A stretch of DNA of 63,992 nt, the filler included, from Dirinaria sp. TL-2023a (lineage: Eukaryota), in the NCBI GenBank assembly GCA_051941275.1. It is 3 parts of 3 records of this genome, joined end to end, with 100 filler letters (N's around TTAATTAATTAA, not from the genome) between each part and the next. Parts side by side here need not be neighbours in the genome. Positions count along the whole stretch, not along the records: positions 42,798 to 63,992 come from JAVEBF010000264.1; 2 more parts are not named here. One strand, given 5' to 3'. Under the pieces are notes generated by a model, which saw only the letters and a program-made list of their open reading frames with translations, did not search any database and was not told the DNA's origin. Position 1 is the stretch's first letter. Every line of letters begins with the position of its first letter. Shown here one piece after another: positions 49,846 to 61,953 of this stretch. The translations under genes and the position numbers were made by a program.

Positions 49846-52800
49846 AGGGTACATATGAACACAGTGCCGAACTATTTCGCCATGTCCTGATTTGCTTTTG
49901 GATTCGTGTCTCATTTGCGGTCGAGCTAATGAAGCAACCAGTCCGGGGACATTTACTCGATATCCGAGGACATAATCTTGTCTGAGTCTGCTTCAGCCGC
50001 TGAAAACTCTGATATAGACGCAAGGGGCATGAAAACACCTCTTCCTCTGTGCCTGCCACGGCAAAATATACGCAAGAAATCGTAATTCTTGTCGCTTGAA
50101 CGAGTATTTGGACTCGCGCGGCTTTGCGCGGAGTCAGGAAGTAGTAATACTATGTAAATTGGTAGGCTCGAAATTTCCAGAAATGAAAAGCCGTAGGGAA
50201 GGAAGACTGTTGTTTTGGTTGATGCGAGAGCATGAGGAATGAGGTTCTTTGTCTTGATCTTAAGAAGTGCTTTTTTTTTTGGAAAGTACCTTGCCAGAAT
50301 TGCTCGTGAGATTCGTAAATGATGGATGCTGAATGTCTGATCGAAATACACGCGAGAAAGTCGTCCCAAAGCTGAGCATCTCTGGTTTCGACTTGCTCAT
50401 GTTCGGTTGAGTGAAGTTTCAGAAATCAGTATTTCTCTTTTTGCTCGAAATTGAACTGCACTCAGCCAGTTACTCTTTATCATTTCACTCGAATGTCATA
50501 GACTCATAATTGAAACTGTGGAACAAGAAAGAAAGACAGAACTACTCGTGAGTATACTCAATGATCATAGACACGAAGCAAGTACACGACTAAAATACAC
50601 AACTCTCAATAATATCAATCCTAACATCTCGTGTGCACGTGATTAATTTCATCGCAATAGTCGAGCGAACTCCGGAATGTTTTATAGACGGCTCATGCTG
50701 CGGTCGAAAGAGGAAAGATAATAGACGATACAAAGCAATGAGTATCCAGACACAACTCAGACGCACTATGCACACGGAATCGAGTGCTAACGAAGAGACC
50801 ACCAAGGCACGATGATAGACGATCTCAGTCCGAGATTCTGAAAGATCAATAAGCTGAAAGAGATGGTGATAACATACTAGAACCCAGAATCAGGCCGGTC
50901 GTACTCAATCAGATTTTCCGCAGGTTGTTCTATATTTTTCAGTTCCATGAATTGAATCATTACAATGCGATCAAACAAATAGCCCATTAGATTTAGAAGC
51001 GTCGCATTATCGGATCATAATCTTGAATGTTTTAGAACAGTAGTAATTTAGTTTCGTTCAATCAGAAATCGCGGGAGTGTCTCACATATGCTTTGGCTTT
51101 TTTGTTAAAACATTGATATTCGTCATATGTCGACGGCTTTAATCATTTTCGTTAAAGCCTTGAGATACATCGATCATCGATCCGATTCTTCCTTTCTCTT
51201 ACGCGTTGCTTTCTTTTTTTCTTCTCCCTCGAAAAGTCTTTATTGGTTAAATCGGACTAAGGCCTCATTTATCACCAAGCACGAATTGTCGAAGTCATGC
51301 ATATGAAGAATCTTGTAGCTTCGAGCAAATGGTTACCGAGTTTCGTTTAAGACTGATCAAGAGGACATTGGGGTTCCATCGTGCCGTCTTTCTGCTGACA
51401 TGCAAATCTTCTATATCGCATCGTTATTGAACTGCGTGTCGTTCTTAAGTTGATAGTCCTTCTCAACGAAATATGGTATGTTGCTACAGAGACGAAGTAT
51501 CCTCGCAGCGTCGATGATTTTAATCTTAGTAGTAGGTATTTTCGTACTAAAGCATAAGTTTTAGAGAATATCAAAAGCACATGACATATTATACAGATTG
51601 GTTGTTATGTTCCCAGAAACACTTTAAGTGGCTGCGCAAAAGTGTTTTATTGAGGATGTCATCAGAGACAACATCCGTCAGCTTGATGATATTGGATCAT
51701 TGAAAATATCATCGTTTCTCTCTGAATGTAGTATCCTTGTCTGCGTTCAAGGTGTAATTGAGATAGTCCATTTTCGAGCACTGTGAAGGCCAAGCGAACT
51801 GCTGTAAGAAGTATCAATACATGTGATCCTGTTCAGGCTTGCTGCCTGTGTTGATCAATTTATCAGAGATCAAGAAGCTGGAATTGTCTATTGAAATCAA
51901 TTTCACGCCAAAGTCCATTGGAGAAGAGGTAAATTCATGATGAAAGCCTCACAGTGAAACTACGGGCGCGGCGAGACAAACTTCAAGAAGGCTTTAAGTT
52001 GTAAAACGCGAGAAAGAGAAAATCTTCCATGAGCACAGATCGAACTAAAGAGAATGTATCTAGAGACTTAATCTTAGCCGAGAATTGAGAAATTGAAAGT
52101 CCTGCAGGACCTTAAAAACAAGGGATCTCGACTCGTCTTTGAATAAGAGTGGATTGGGCAGTGCTGATACTGCTTATGCAAGTTGCTTCACAACAAAGGT
52201 TCCGCTGATGTGTGGTGAAATTTCAGAGCTGTTTGAGAATAAAGTGCTTAGAAGTTGAAGAGATTTGCAAGTTCCAGATGGTGGGAATGCATTTTTCAAA
52301 AAAAAAAAAAAAAAAAAAAAAAAGGCACAATGTTTGTTTCGTAGATCGAGAACAATGTGAAATAAAGCTTAGTACACTCCTTGATTTCGGCGAGGAAATT
52401 GTGTGAGAGTGAAAAATTGAAGACTAAGATTCAGCAGCTTCCGGAAAAATCTTTTAACATGTTCACTCCGTCAAATCCTTGGTTGATTGTCGTGATACAT
52501 TTTGTTCGAGTCGTTGGAACAGAGCTTCGACTATTTGAGCTGTTCTCTGAGTCCACTTCAATGACCAGTGCCGGTGCTTTCTAAGCTCGAAAAAGAACAT
52601 TCTCAGCTGGTTTGAAACGAATAATTCCTTGATTTGAAGACCTATGTTAGACCTTGTCAGATGATTGAAACAGTATTCTGCTCTTTCTGAAGCAATTTAC
52701 GGTTGAATATACTATGTAATATAGTTTCCATATCCAATTTGGGTTTAATGATAGTTGTGTTCGTAGTCGCCATTAAATCTCGCTCTAGGAAATTTTCATA

Positions 52801-53480
52801 GACTGCACAATTTCGTTGGCAAGGAATATCAGGCCCCATCCCTGATCGAATTCCTGGACATAGACGGCGTTGCCCAATTCATCGGAAAGAACAAATTCAG
52901 GAGACGGTGAGCACTGCCATACATAGGCTCAACATATGCAGAGCGTGGACCTGATATATGATTTTTGCCAAGAAAAAGCCGGTTGCTGGGAACTTTCGAA
53001 GCAGATCCAGGGTTGGCCGCTATTGATGCTCAGTGAATGCTCAGAGCGCGCTAAACAGAGGCTCAGTATTTACCTGCACCTGTTTGAAAAGTCCTTATAG
53101 AGCGCAGCCGTAGTTCAGCCTTTCATTTTCCTCGAGGACATGAATCCGATATACTACCAGCGGCCAGGCTCTTACTAGAGGCTTGCTAGCTTCGACGATA
53201 CAAAAGTTCTGAATTCAGTAAGCTGCCAGCTGATGATTTCGACCTTCACACTTCTCGTGTGCGCGCTGCGGATCAATTTTTTGTTGATGCAGGAAGTAAT
53301 CAGTAAATGTATACTCTGAACATATACTGAACACAAGCAGTGCATCCCCTGACCGAGGTGCTTATAGATAATACTAACTGATCATGCTTTTGATCGTCAT
53401 TGATGATCATGTCGCTCCTGTGCATGCTCAGCATGTGTCCCATAAGACAATCACCTTGAGGTTCGCTCACATTGCAGGGT

Positions 53481-54316
53481 TTAACGAGAAAAGAACAGCG
53501 TCTGTATGAGGTGCTTCTGTATACAGTCAGCATATGTCGAATCGACGTTGTACCGCCGCCACCGGTATACAGCCCGGCAAAGCCGGGCAACACGGTGACA
53601 GAAGCTCGTCAACTGGGCGCCATCCAGAGACCCTTGATCGGCAACCGCCAGCAGACGGTTGATACGGTTGTTGAAGTGGGGCGGGATCGCCTCGCACTGC
53701 GAAAAATTAGCGAAATCAAAACACAGCAAGCAACTAACCTTCTTGCGCAATGAAGCGCAACGGGGACATCTGAGGTCCCTTCTCTTCATACATTAGAAAA
53801 GTTAGCAACCTCTCACCAATAGCGGTCCTCTTACCTTATGCGACGGATTCGTCGCCAAGTGGCTCAAACAACGCATGCAGCAGACTCTTGTCAGCTGCTC
53901 AGACACCCTCGAGCGTCGGGTCAACCCCGCCTCCAAATCCGCCGCGACCTCAATGGCGCGAGAACTCGTAGAGCAGCGACGGCAGCTCGAGACGCCAGGG
54001 AAGAGCGACGGAGGAGGCGGGCTCGGGGAGAGAGAGAGAGCGTCGTCCATATCGTCGTCTTCATCCCCCTTCGAGGACGGGCTGTTGGTGGGCGAAGGGG
54101 GGACGATCTTCTCGAAACGCTGCCAAATTCAGCACCGATTTGAGTCAGAATCGTCTTCAACTTACGCCCGAAGGCCCACGCTTGACTATCCAAGAGTCAG
54201 CGACGACAACAAACTCATACAGAGAATACATACGAAGTGATTTGATGCTATACGGCGTCATCATCGTCAACAAGACCATAACAGACGGCGCAGTGCCATC
54301 GTACTTACCGTGCCAT
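53481..54316 (-). CDS. ~198-aa Cys6 zinc-finger-like protein, 6 exons including 3 microexons; one acceptor is non-canonical (possible pseudogene)
   Basis: Exons 54316-54309, 54247-54234, 54185-54166, 54119-53835, 53792-53739 and 53696-53481 give MARIKSLLKRGPSGRFEK...CMRCLSHLATNPSHK|CMKRRDLRCPRCASLRKK|CEAIP. Intron 4 ends in AA rather than AG. Confidence 0.72.
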
Positions 54317-57070
54317 ATCGTCCAGATACATGTGGATGAGGAAAGAACTGAGTGTGAGAGGAACCTATCTATATGCCACTACGAGGCGCTAACCCAATTG
54401 GGGGGCATGTCGAATCCAGGTTGAGAATATGACGGAAAGCGGCAATCTTGACTCTTCGCTGCACTGATCGCGAGCTCTAATTAAACTCAGCACGAGTGCT
54501 AAACGACGCGGAAAGAATGAGATTACCCACATGCAGTACCACAAAGGTCTCAGCTATCTAATTGTCAACTGTTAATTCATGACATCAAAGTTTCTGCAGC
54601 ACAGAACTTCTCATCATTCAATTGTCGATTACTCATCCTTTTCATTACCACTATCTTCGTCACTGTTTTTTGACTCGAAGTCTTGCGACTTCGATGAAAA
54701 AGATAATAAATCCTCACCACTTGGGCTCCTCATCTTGTAAATAAGCCAACGCCCCAGGAGAAAATTCGTGGTGGAGACGGAGGTATTCTGAACACTGTAA
54801 ATAGAACCCCACTCTCCTAGGTATGTTAGCAGTGTTGTTAATGCTGCTGAAATGATAACTTTGAACGCTAAGTCAAGCTTCTGGTAAATTCCGTCGGACT
54901 GACAAATATCAGTTCAGTTCTGAAGTAAAGATGGACGAAAGGAAGGTCGAGCTTTTCAGCTGTTGCCTATCAAGAGGTGGTACGTTTTTTGGTAAAGAAT
55001 TTTGGGTTTTCAGTCCGAGGTGGACTTCTTAGGCTCTGCTAGCGATGGAGTCAGCACATGAAGTAATCCACGAGCAGCAAGCGTTGTAACTTCTTGCTGC
55101 AAAAAGTGCTTCCAGGCTTCTATAAAGAGAATCTCCGTCTCCTAGCTGCGCTGACATCAATGGTACTTCTTGGATGTTCTTGCGTTCTTCCCAACGACTT
55201 GCAGATCTGGTGCCTTCTAGATCGGTAGTAGTTATTAAGTAAAAAAGAATGTAAGAGAACGTATATGAGGTCTATTGATTTAGTATATCGAAATTCTGGG
55301 ATCATTCGTCATGGATGTATACTTTCTTCGCCGACGGGAGATTAGGATCATGATCTACCTAAGTAAAAGTCAGGTTCAAAATGAAATCTACTCTATACAG
55401 AGTGTAGTGGAAGTATCACTGACAAGTAGATACAACTCTTGCATGTGAGTTATGATGTTTCATTCAATCATACCGTGCATCTTCTTTCGTGGCTGTTGAT
55501 CTTGTCACGTCGCACGGAGTTCAAGTAGCATCTCGCTATCACGATCTTGCATCAGGGCCCTGAAGAAGTGTGGCCCTCTCAGCGACTTCTGTTGTAAGTC
55601 GTCCGATCTTACGTCTCTTCGGCAATTTGCTCTTTGATCTTGGAAAGAGTATTATGAACTCCAACAGTCCCAAGAACAGCGCAGTCATTGGATTTTAATG
55701 AAAATCTAAGTCCTTTCATCGCCCAATCTAGGTTCTTCTTTGAAACGTGGAAGAACTTTGAATTTCTTGACAATGTTCACATGCGAGTAAGAAATCAAGA
55801 TATACTTTTGCTATCGAGAGTGATTGTCGACAAAGAACTCTCTGATTTTATTCTATATTGGCGGGCTTCGATGGTTTCATTCAATGCTCGATGGAACGCT
55901 GGATTCCGATCAGCATAGACGTTTATGATCTTACACATAGCCTGAAAGTTAACAGTCGTGGAACTCATAAGCCACAATGACATACGTCACTTTATCAGAA
56001 TTGAAAGAACAAAGAGACTCTAGTTTCTTGAGACTCAACTGACTGGAAAATTTTTGAGTAATAGCTTCATCAGAATTTTGCTGATTAGATAATAGATCGA
56101 TACTCAGATACTTAAGTGCTTTATAATGCGGTGTACTGGTTATGTAATCGATTAGCGGCTATTCATGAGCTGATTGATCAATCCCTATCGTTCAAATAAA
56201 TATGTTCCAAGAAATCTGTTAGTCGTCATCGATAATCAAATATTCAGATCGACAGTACGCAGCACGCTCCATAGCAATAAACTACCACTGAGTTTTTCTT
56301 CTAATAATTGATTAATTATCAATGCGGTGAGCGTAGTCTCGACTAAAAGCTTATTTAATTCACAAAACACTCATCAAAGTGGTAATAACCTATTAAGGGT
56401 CATTTAGACGGGTTTCTTCACCGTCGAAGCGAAAAATACTTGAAAGAGTTTCGATTTCAAGGCCACCAAAGTGTTTCAAACCCTATAAGACAAGGATACA
56501 TTCTTCAAGCAGGGGCGCTGCCATGCTTTGTGACCGCAGAAACCAAGTTCAATTTGTATGGATTACTTGCCTGATTTTCTCTGCTCGTTGAAGTCGTATC
56601 GGAGTATGCAGGCCAATATGCTGTATTAAATTATTGATGGTTTGATAATAATTCGAGGCGTCTTATGACTGATGCTTTTGATTTTTATTTGAAGTCAGCA
56701 GGGGCTTCAACTCCTGAATTACGAAAACGATTCTTGAAAACCCGTCATAACTGTGCAAGAGAAGTTACATTCATGAATATTTAGGAATGAAGAAGTGAGA
56801 AAAAAAAAATAGGAATAAATCTCCTCGAAAAATTATGTGATAATTTACGAATGTTTATATGAATAATGCTTCGGTGAATAAGACTAGCAAGCAGAATTTT
56901 CTTGAAATTTTCTTGTTGGAATGGGTACCACTTCGTTTCCACCCGCAGTGACTCCCCTTTCCATCCCTCGATCATTCCGATTGTCAACCCGCAACATTTC
57001 AACTCCTTCACCTTTGTCGAGCTAGGTCCTCCTTCAATCGTTTCCACTTCTTGATGTTCTCTAACGATGG

Positions 57071-59404
57071 CTAAGACCCTTTGGTAGGCTTCCACGTCCC
57101 ATCTTCCGCGCTCGCATCCCGCTTAGAATTCCTCCGGTACCATCCCCGGGGCTGTGCGTAGTATTGTTGGTGGTTGGCTCGATGGGCGCGCTGCTGCTGC
57201 TGTTGTTGCTGACGGTGGTACTCTGCTGAATGCTGCAAGTTAGGATTGGTCTGCGCTTGAGGCGCAGATGAGCCTTCGACTGTTGGAGGCTTGGCAGTAC
57301 GAGATTGACTTCGGGCTGCTCGTGGGTCCCTTAGGACGGAGGTGTCGCTTGCTTGGGCCCTATCGCTGCGCAGCTGAGTCGACGATATACTTGGACTCGT
57401 GGCCATGTTGCGGTCATGCTGAGAAAGCCCATGGGAGCTTGGCGCTGAAAGCCCGTAGCTACTGCTAGTGCGGGTGCGTTGGATTGTCCGGACTTCTATG
57501 ATCTGGCAGTCACCGTCATCTTCCACTCGTTTGCTTTGGACCTCCCTCGTACTAGTGTAGTACTTTTCAATGCTGGAGTTCGATCTCCATACTTCATTGC
57601 GCGCTTGCAAGATTCTGGACCGCTCCTGGTTAGCTGTGAACGAGTCTCCTCTGCTCTGCGATCCTCGGGTATGTCCGGTAGTCTGCACGGGAGCTGGATC
57701 ATAGTATTCCACACCACTCATCGACGAGGAGGCAGATCCTGGTCTTCGCTGCTCATTCCTGGATCCCAAGCTTGACTTGTACATACCACCGGGTTTGAGA
57801 GGGGAATCCGGTATATACGAGCTATGGCGTCTATTCCCCTGATCAGGCGCAGCAACCTTGGATGGGCGCTGACCATCATCCGTGGTAAGTTTGGGTCCTG
57901 AGTTGGAGCTTTCTTGTAAATTAGGCCCTGTACCGACAATATGCGTTGAATGTCGGCGAACCTGTCCCTGCGTTTCAGCGTGACGAGGACGAGATGTTGG
58001 TGGGGGCATGAGTTTAGAGTCGCCGTTTGGCCCAAGCATGTCTGACCAATTCCTCCCACGTTGAGCCGTAGCAGGTCGGGTTCTTTGGCCGTCGGCAGGA
58101 CGAGCTTCAGATGCTTTTGATGTTGAGGATGTTGAAGCTATGTTATCAGGCGCCGTTACTGGAGCAGCTTCGTCGGAACTTGGAGCAGTAGGGCCAGCGT
58201 GAGGGGTAGTTGCAGGAGCAGCTTGTGATACAGTGGGGCTGGACGGGCGCTGTCGACGATCAATCAACTTTTGTCGTACTTCTACTATTTTTCCAATACG
58301 ATGCTGCGCCTTGAATCCCGGCTCTCCCGGCACAAGATCTCTCTCATACCAAGGATACTGATGAGCCTGGCTGGCCAGATAGCGGATGTCCTCTGGGTGT
58401 CTCCGCAGTCTTTGGAGCACCTTCTGAACATTGACATCCAAGTGCTGAGAAGGAAATCGAGCCAAAAAGCTGTTCACGACAGACTGTATGCCCGTTGACC
58501 GGAGTCCGAGCCAAGCAAGATAGACTCGATGCTCCATTGACCATTTCTGCGCAGACACAGACTTAGACTTGTAGGCTGCAGACTTTGATGGTAAGGCGAC
58601 TTTTGGATCGGCGGCGCCATGCCGTGATAAGCAAGGGTTTTGATCCTTCTTTGGACCTGTATCTGGCTCAGGCAGGTACTTCTCGTGCCACTCGGAGCGT
58701 TGAGCAATTTCCATCCACGCATTGCTCTGCGAAGAATCGTTACCCTCAAGTTCTAGGACAATGAACAGGTTACTGAGTCTAGCGAAAGTGACAGCTCTTG
58801 AGAAATGTTCGTTAAAAAGCTCAACGACCCGAAGAGGCTGGAGACGTTTCCTAGCATAATGATAGAAGAGGAACGACTTTTGCTCCTCGGTACAATCACC
58901 TAAGACCATAGGCTGTTCTGGCTCGTGATGGTCGTCTGGTACTACAAGTTTATACCAGTGGTAGGTTGTAGCGGCGTTAAGCAAATAAAGCTCCTTCTTA
59001 TCATGACGGAGGCGTGTGCGAAGACTCTTGGCCTTTGCCTCGTCCATAGGTCGTCCGGGAAACAGCACACGGAAAGCGGAGGCAACTTCAGCATACTTGC
59101 ACTGTCGGCTCTTATATAGCACGAATGCCTTTTGCTCCTCTGTAAAGTGGGCACGCGCGCCCGAGGGCGGGTCCTTGGAGATTTGTTTTTGAGCAGGAGG
59201 CGTGGTAGCCGGAGAAGCTTCTTCGGAGCATAGATCCACCACTTGTTCAGGTGAAGGCACTATTGCCTGTTGTTCGCTTTTGCATGCAGGAGAGCCTTCT
59301 GTGTTATTCCGACGTTCATCCTTTCCCAAGGGACTTGTTGATGAAGCAGCCGAATCGTTATTGGCTTCATCAGGTTGGGTTTTGTCGACAGTGATGATAG
59401 CCAT
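57071..59404 (-). CDS. 777-aa protein with three degenerate HTH/Myb-like repeats and a long disordered tail
   Basis: Uninterrupted ORF. Repeats FTEEQKAFV..VASAFRVLFP, CTEEQKSFL..VVELFNEHFS and WSMEHRVYL..VVNSFLARFP. Poly-Gln near the C-terminus. Confidence 0.8.
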   Translation of the reverse strand: MAIITVDKTQPDEANNDSAASSTSPLGKDERRNNTEGSPACKSEQQAIVPSPEQVVDLCSEEASPATTPPAQKQISKDPPSGARAHFTEEQKAFVLYKSRQCKYAEVASAFRVLFPGRPMDEAKAKSLRTRLRHDKKELYLLNAATTYHWYKLVVPDDHHEPEQPMVLGDCTEEQKSFLFYHYARKRLQPLRVVELFNEHFSRAVTFARLSNLFIVLELEGNDSSQSNAWMEIAQRSEWHEKYLPEPDTGPKKDQNPCLSRHGAADPKVALPSKSAAYKSKSVSAQKWSMEHRVYLAWLGLRSTGIQSVVNSFLARFPSQHLDVNVQKVLQRLRRHPEDIRYLASQAHQYPWYERDLVPGEPGFKAQHRIGKIVEVRQKLIDRRQRPSSPTVSQAAPATTPHAGPTAPSSDEAAPVTAPDNIASTSSTSKASEARPADGQRTRPATAQRGRNWSDMLGPNGDSKLMPPPTSRPRHAETQGQVRRHSTHIVGTGPNLQESSNSGPKLTTDDGQRPSKVAAPDQGNRRHSSYIPDSPLKPGGMYKSSLGSRNEQRRPGSASSSMSGVEYYDPAPVQTTGHTRGSQSRGDSFTANQERSRILQARNEVWRSNSSIEKYYTSTREVQSKRVEDDGDCQIIEVRTIQRTRTSSSYGLSAPSSHGLSQHDRNMATSPSISSTQLRSDRAQASDTSVLRDPRAARSQSRTAKPPTVEGSSAPQAQTNPNLQHSAEYHRQQQQQQQRAHRANHQQYYAQPRGWYRRNSKRDASAEDGTWKPTKGS

Positions 59405-59975
59405 GATCAGACAAGGACTAGTCTTCGAAGATCATTGAGGCTGAATGGCTTGGTAGTTAGAGAATCAAGTTCTGGGACAAGATACTGTTTAAATACTGAC
59501 AAAAGAAATTTCATGTGTCCGTGAATAGCTGTAGGAGTGATATTCACATCAACACTCACATAGACATATTCACTTTACCAACGCCTAGAATCAGCACATG
59601 TGACTGGCTTTTCACGATGTCATATCTTCCGCATCATCATCATCACCTAAAGGTTAGACCAGAGAATCTCACAGGTGGTAAGTTAGATAGCTTGGCTGAT
59701 GTGGCTGAGATCAGACAGCAGCGGAGTGAGCTGGAACACCAGAAAGCACTACCCGAGCTTGATCATAAGGCTAAACCTTGCGATCACTACCTTGACCTCT
59801 ATTACACCTTGAGTTGGGCAAGTAATGTAGATCCTATACAAAGACTAGAAAACCCTCGGTAGAAGAGAGGGATAAGAACGAGCGAATAGATCGATTACGG
59901 ATCTTCAAGTTGCTGCGAAGCTCCTTCATATCTCGTTCACTTTGAAATTGTGGCAAAATGCGTCTGGAGTAATGC

Positions 59976-61953
59976 CTATCGACTCTCGTCTCGAACTTCT
60001 TCGACCACACTTGGAGGAATGCCCTTGTCGGCAATAGCTTGCAAGTCGTCCTCACCCATTTCTCCATTCCATCCACGACTTACCAAGAATGCTCTGAACT
60101 GCTCGTCTTCATTTGCAAGATCATCACCTCTGACATCTTTCACAAAGATCCAAGTAATGAGCACGCCAACAACACCTTTCCATTTCAAGCAAAGTCAGAT
60201 ATTATCTGAGAGAGTTGGTATTAAGGATAAATTCTCACCGCATATGGCCGCAATGATGAAAGTCCACTTCTTGCCAAGATGATCCTGAATAGGAGTAAAA
60301 ACCTCAGTGCCCTTCAAAGTCCTACCGTCAGTACTCAGTACCTGGAGATATTGACGCGCGGTGAAAATTGGCTGAAGAAGTCTGCTAAAGCTGGGGAGAC
60401 ATCCAATATTTGGTCGAAATTGCTAGGGCGAACCAAAATTTCAAAGGAGAACTATTACTCACTATGGCAGCACCTGTCTTACCAATTGCTGCTGAGATGC
60501 CGTAGCACGTACCTCGTACAGCTGTTGCATAGCTTTCGGAGGATAGCAGTCCCAGCATATCACCAGGCCCAAGGTTTCCGGAGGATTGCATTAAGCCATA
60601 GAAGATTACGAAGAGAGGAATGATCCTCGTAATCTTATCGTAAGCACAACCAATTATCAGCCCAAATATCACTGGTCGACATTAGCCTGGGCCCGATACT
60701 GATCACTTGTACCGCTACCCACAGTAGCCACTAAAACCGAGCATCATGGTATTCTTACGGTCCAATATGTCACAAAGATAAGCTCCTAGGAACACACCTG
60801 GCAAAGCGATTGAGCTGAGTAGGAGCTGATACTCTGCTGTCTTTAGTAGACTACCATCCTTCACGGTCGAACTGATTATGGAAGCACTAAACACCCCGTT
60901 TGGGAAGGTAACCTACTTGCTTTAGTGACCTGGAGACAAAAGTTGATCATATGGCATGGATCCATACAAAGTCATATAAAAACCAGGCTCCACATGTTCC
61001 AATTAGCGATCGCCAGTAGTACCTGAGCACTAACAAGTATGGGACGCGCCTTTTGATGGCCCCTCTACGGTAAAGCTTAGAATTCAACATCTTGACACGG
61101 AAATAGAAAACCGTCAGGGGAAGCAAGCATCCGAAGGCGAACGTTACCCGCCACACAGTAGATAGATGCTTCGTAGTGACTGCCGAGAGAACTATCAGAA
61201 ATACAATGGCGGCAAGTGGGTTTCCGAATGAAAGAGGCAAATTGGTGACTAGGATAAAAATTGGCCCTCGGCGCTTCAAGGTATGCTCGTTCGCAGCTTC
61301 AGAAGCAGAGGTTGACGAAGCGGGATATTCGCCTCCAGTGCCAAAGCCTACGATGCCTCTGGAAATGGTCATCATCCAAAACATGCCGTCAATAGTCTTG
61401 CCATGAGAAGCAGTAGCGAGTATACCACCGATGACGATCAGAGCAGTAGTTGTTACAATGGCGACTTTCCTTCCCAGATAATCGCAGGTTAAGCCGATAG
61501 CAATCTGGCCAAGAATCTCCCCTACAAGTAGAGCATTTGAAACACGGGTGCTGACTGCGGAGGTATACTCCTTCTTGTACTCCTTCTTCAGTAGCACGTT
61601 GGTCATGGTCCTGGTTTTCTTTCAGTTTCGGCTTGTATTGCATTTCTTCAAATGAGCCTACCTACATCAGGTTGTTTTGGTATCCATCACTGATCAGCGC
61701 AAAACCGGAGCAGAACTTGGGGGACATTTGTCAGCCAAATATTCCAGTGCTTAGCCTCCCCTAGAGCCCTTTCTGGGAGTCAAATCCGAGGACATACAAT
61801 AGTGAACAGATCCGACAGTCTTTGCTTCTTGGATGAGACCTCTGGCGAGGGTGCAGCAGGGTCTTCGGCCACGACCACAGCACCGGGAGCGCCTGGCACC
61901 TTGAAATTTGGCTCATTGCCGACCGGTTCAGCAAGTGGTTTTATGTCTCCCAT
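59976..61953 (-). CDS. GIT1: MFS glycerophosphodiester (glycerophosphoinositol) transporter, Git1-like, multi-exon
   Basis: SGFALISDGYQNNLM, CDYLGRK, GTGGEYPASSTSASEAANE, GAWFLYDFV, GNLGPGDMLGLLSSESYATAVRGTCYGISAAIGK and DLANEDEQFRAFLVSRGWNG. Several GT..AG introns. Confidence 0.88.

Noticed and set aside
52298..52322. Poly(A) run as a LINE/SINE tail
   Set aside because: No upstream retroelement similarity or target-site duplication is seen, and similar A runs are scattered through the window.
43500..56900. Starship or intact transposon
   Set aside because: No recognisable tyrosine recombinase, transposase, RT or integrase motifs and no convincing termini.
56781..57095. 104-aa ORF as a frameshifted extension of the 777-aa protein
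   Set aside because: No plausible intron or slippery site, an upstream in-frame stop is present, and the distal part is AT-rich UTR-like sequence.
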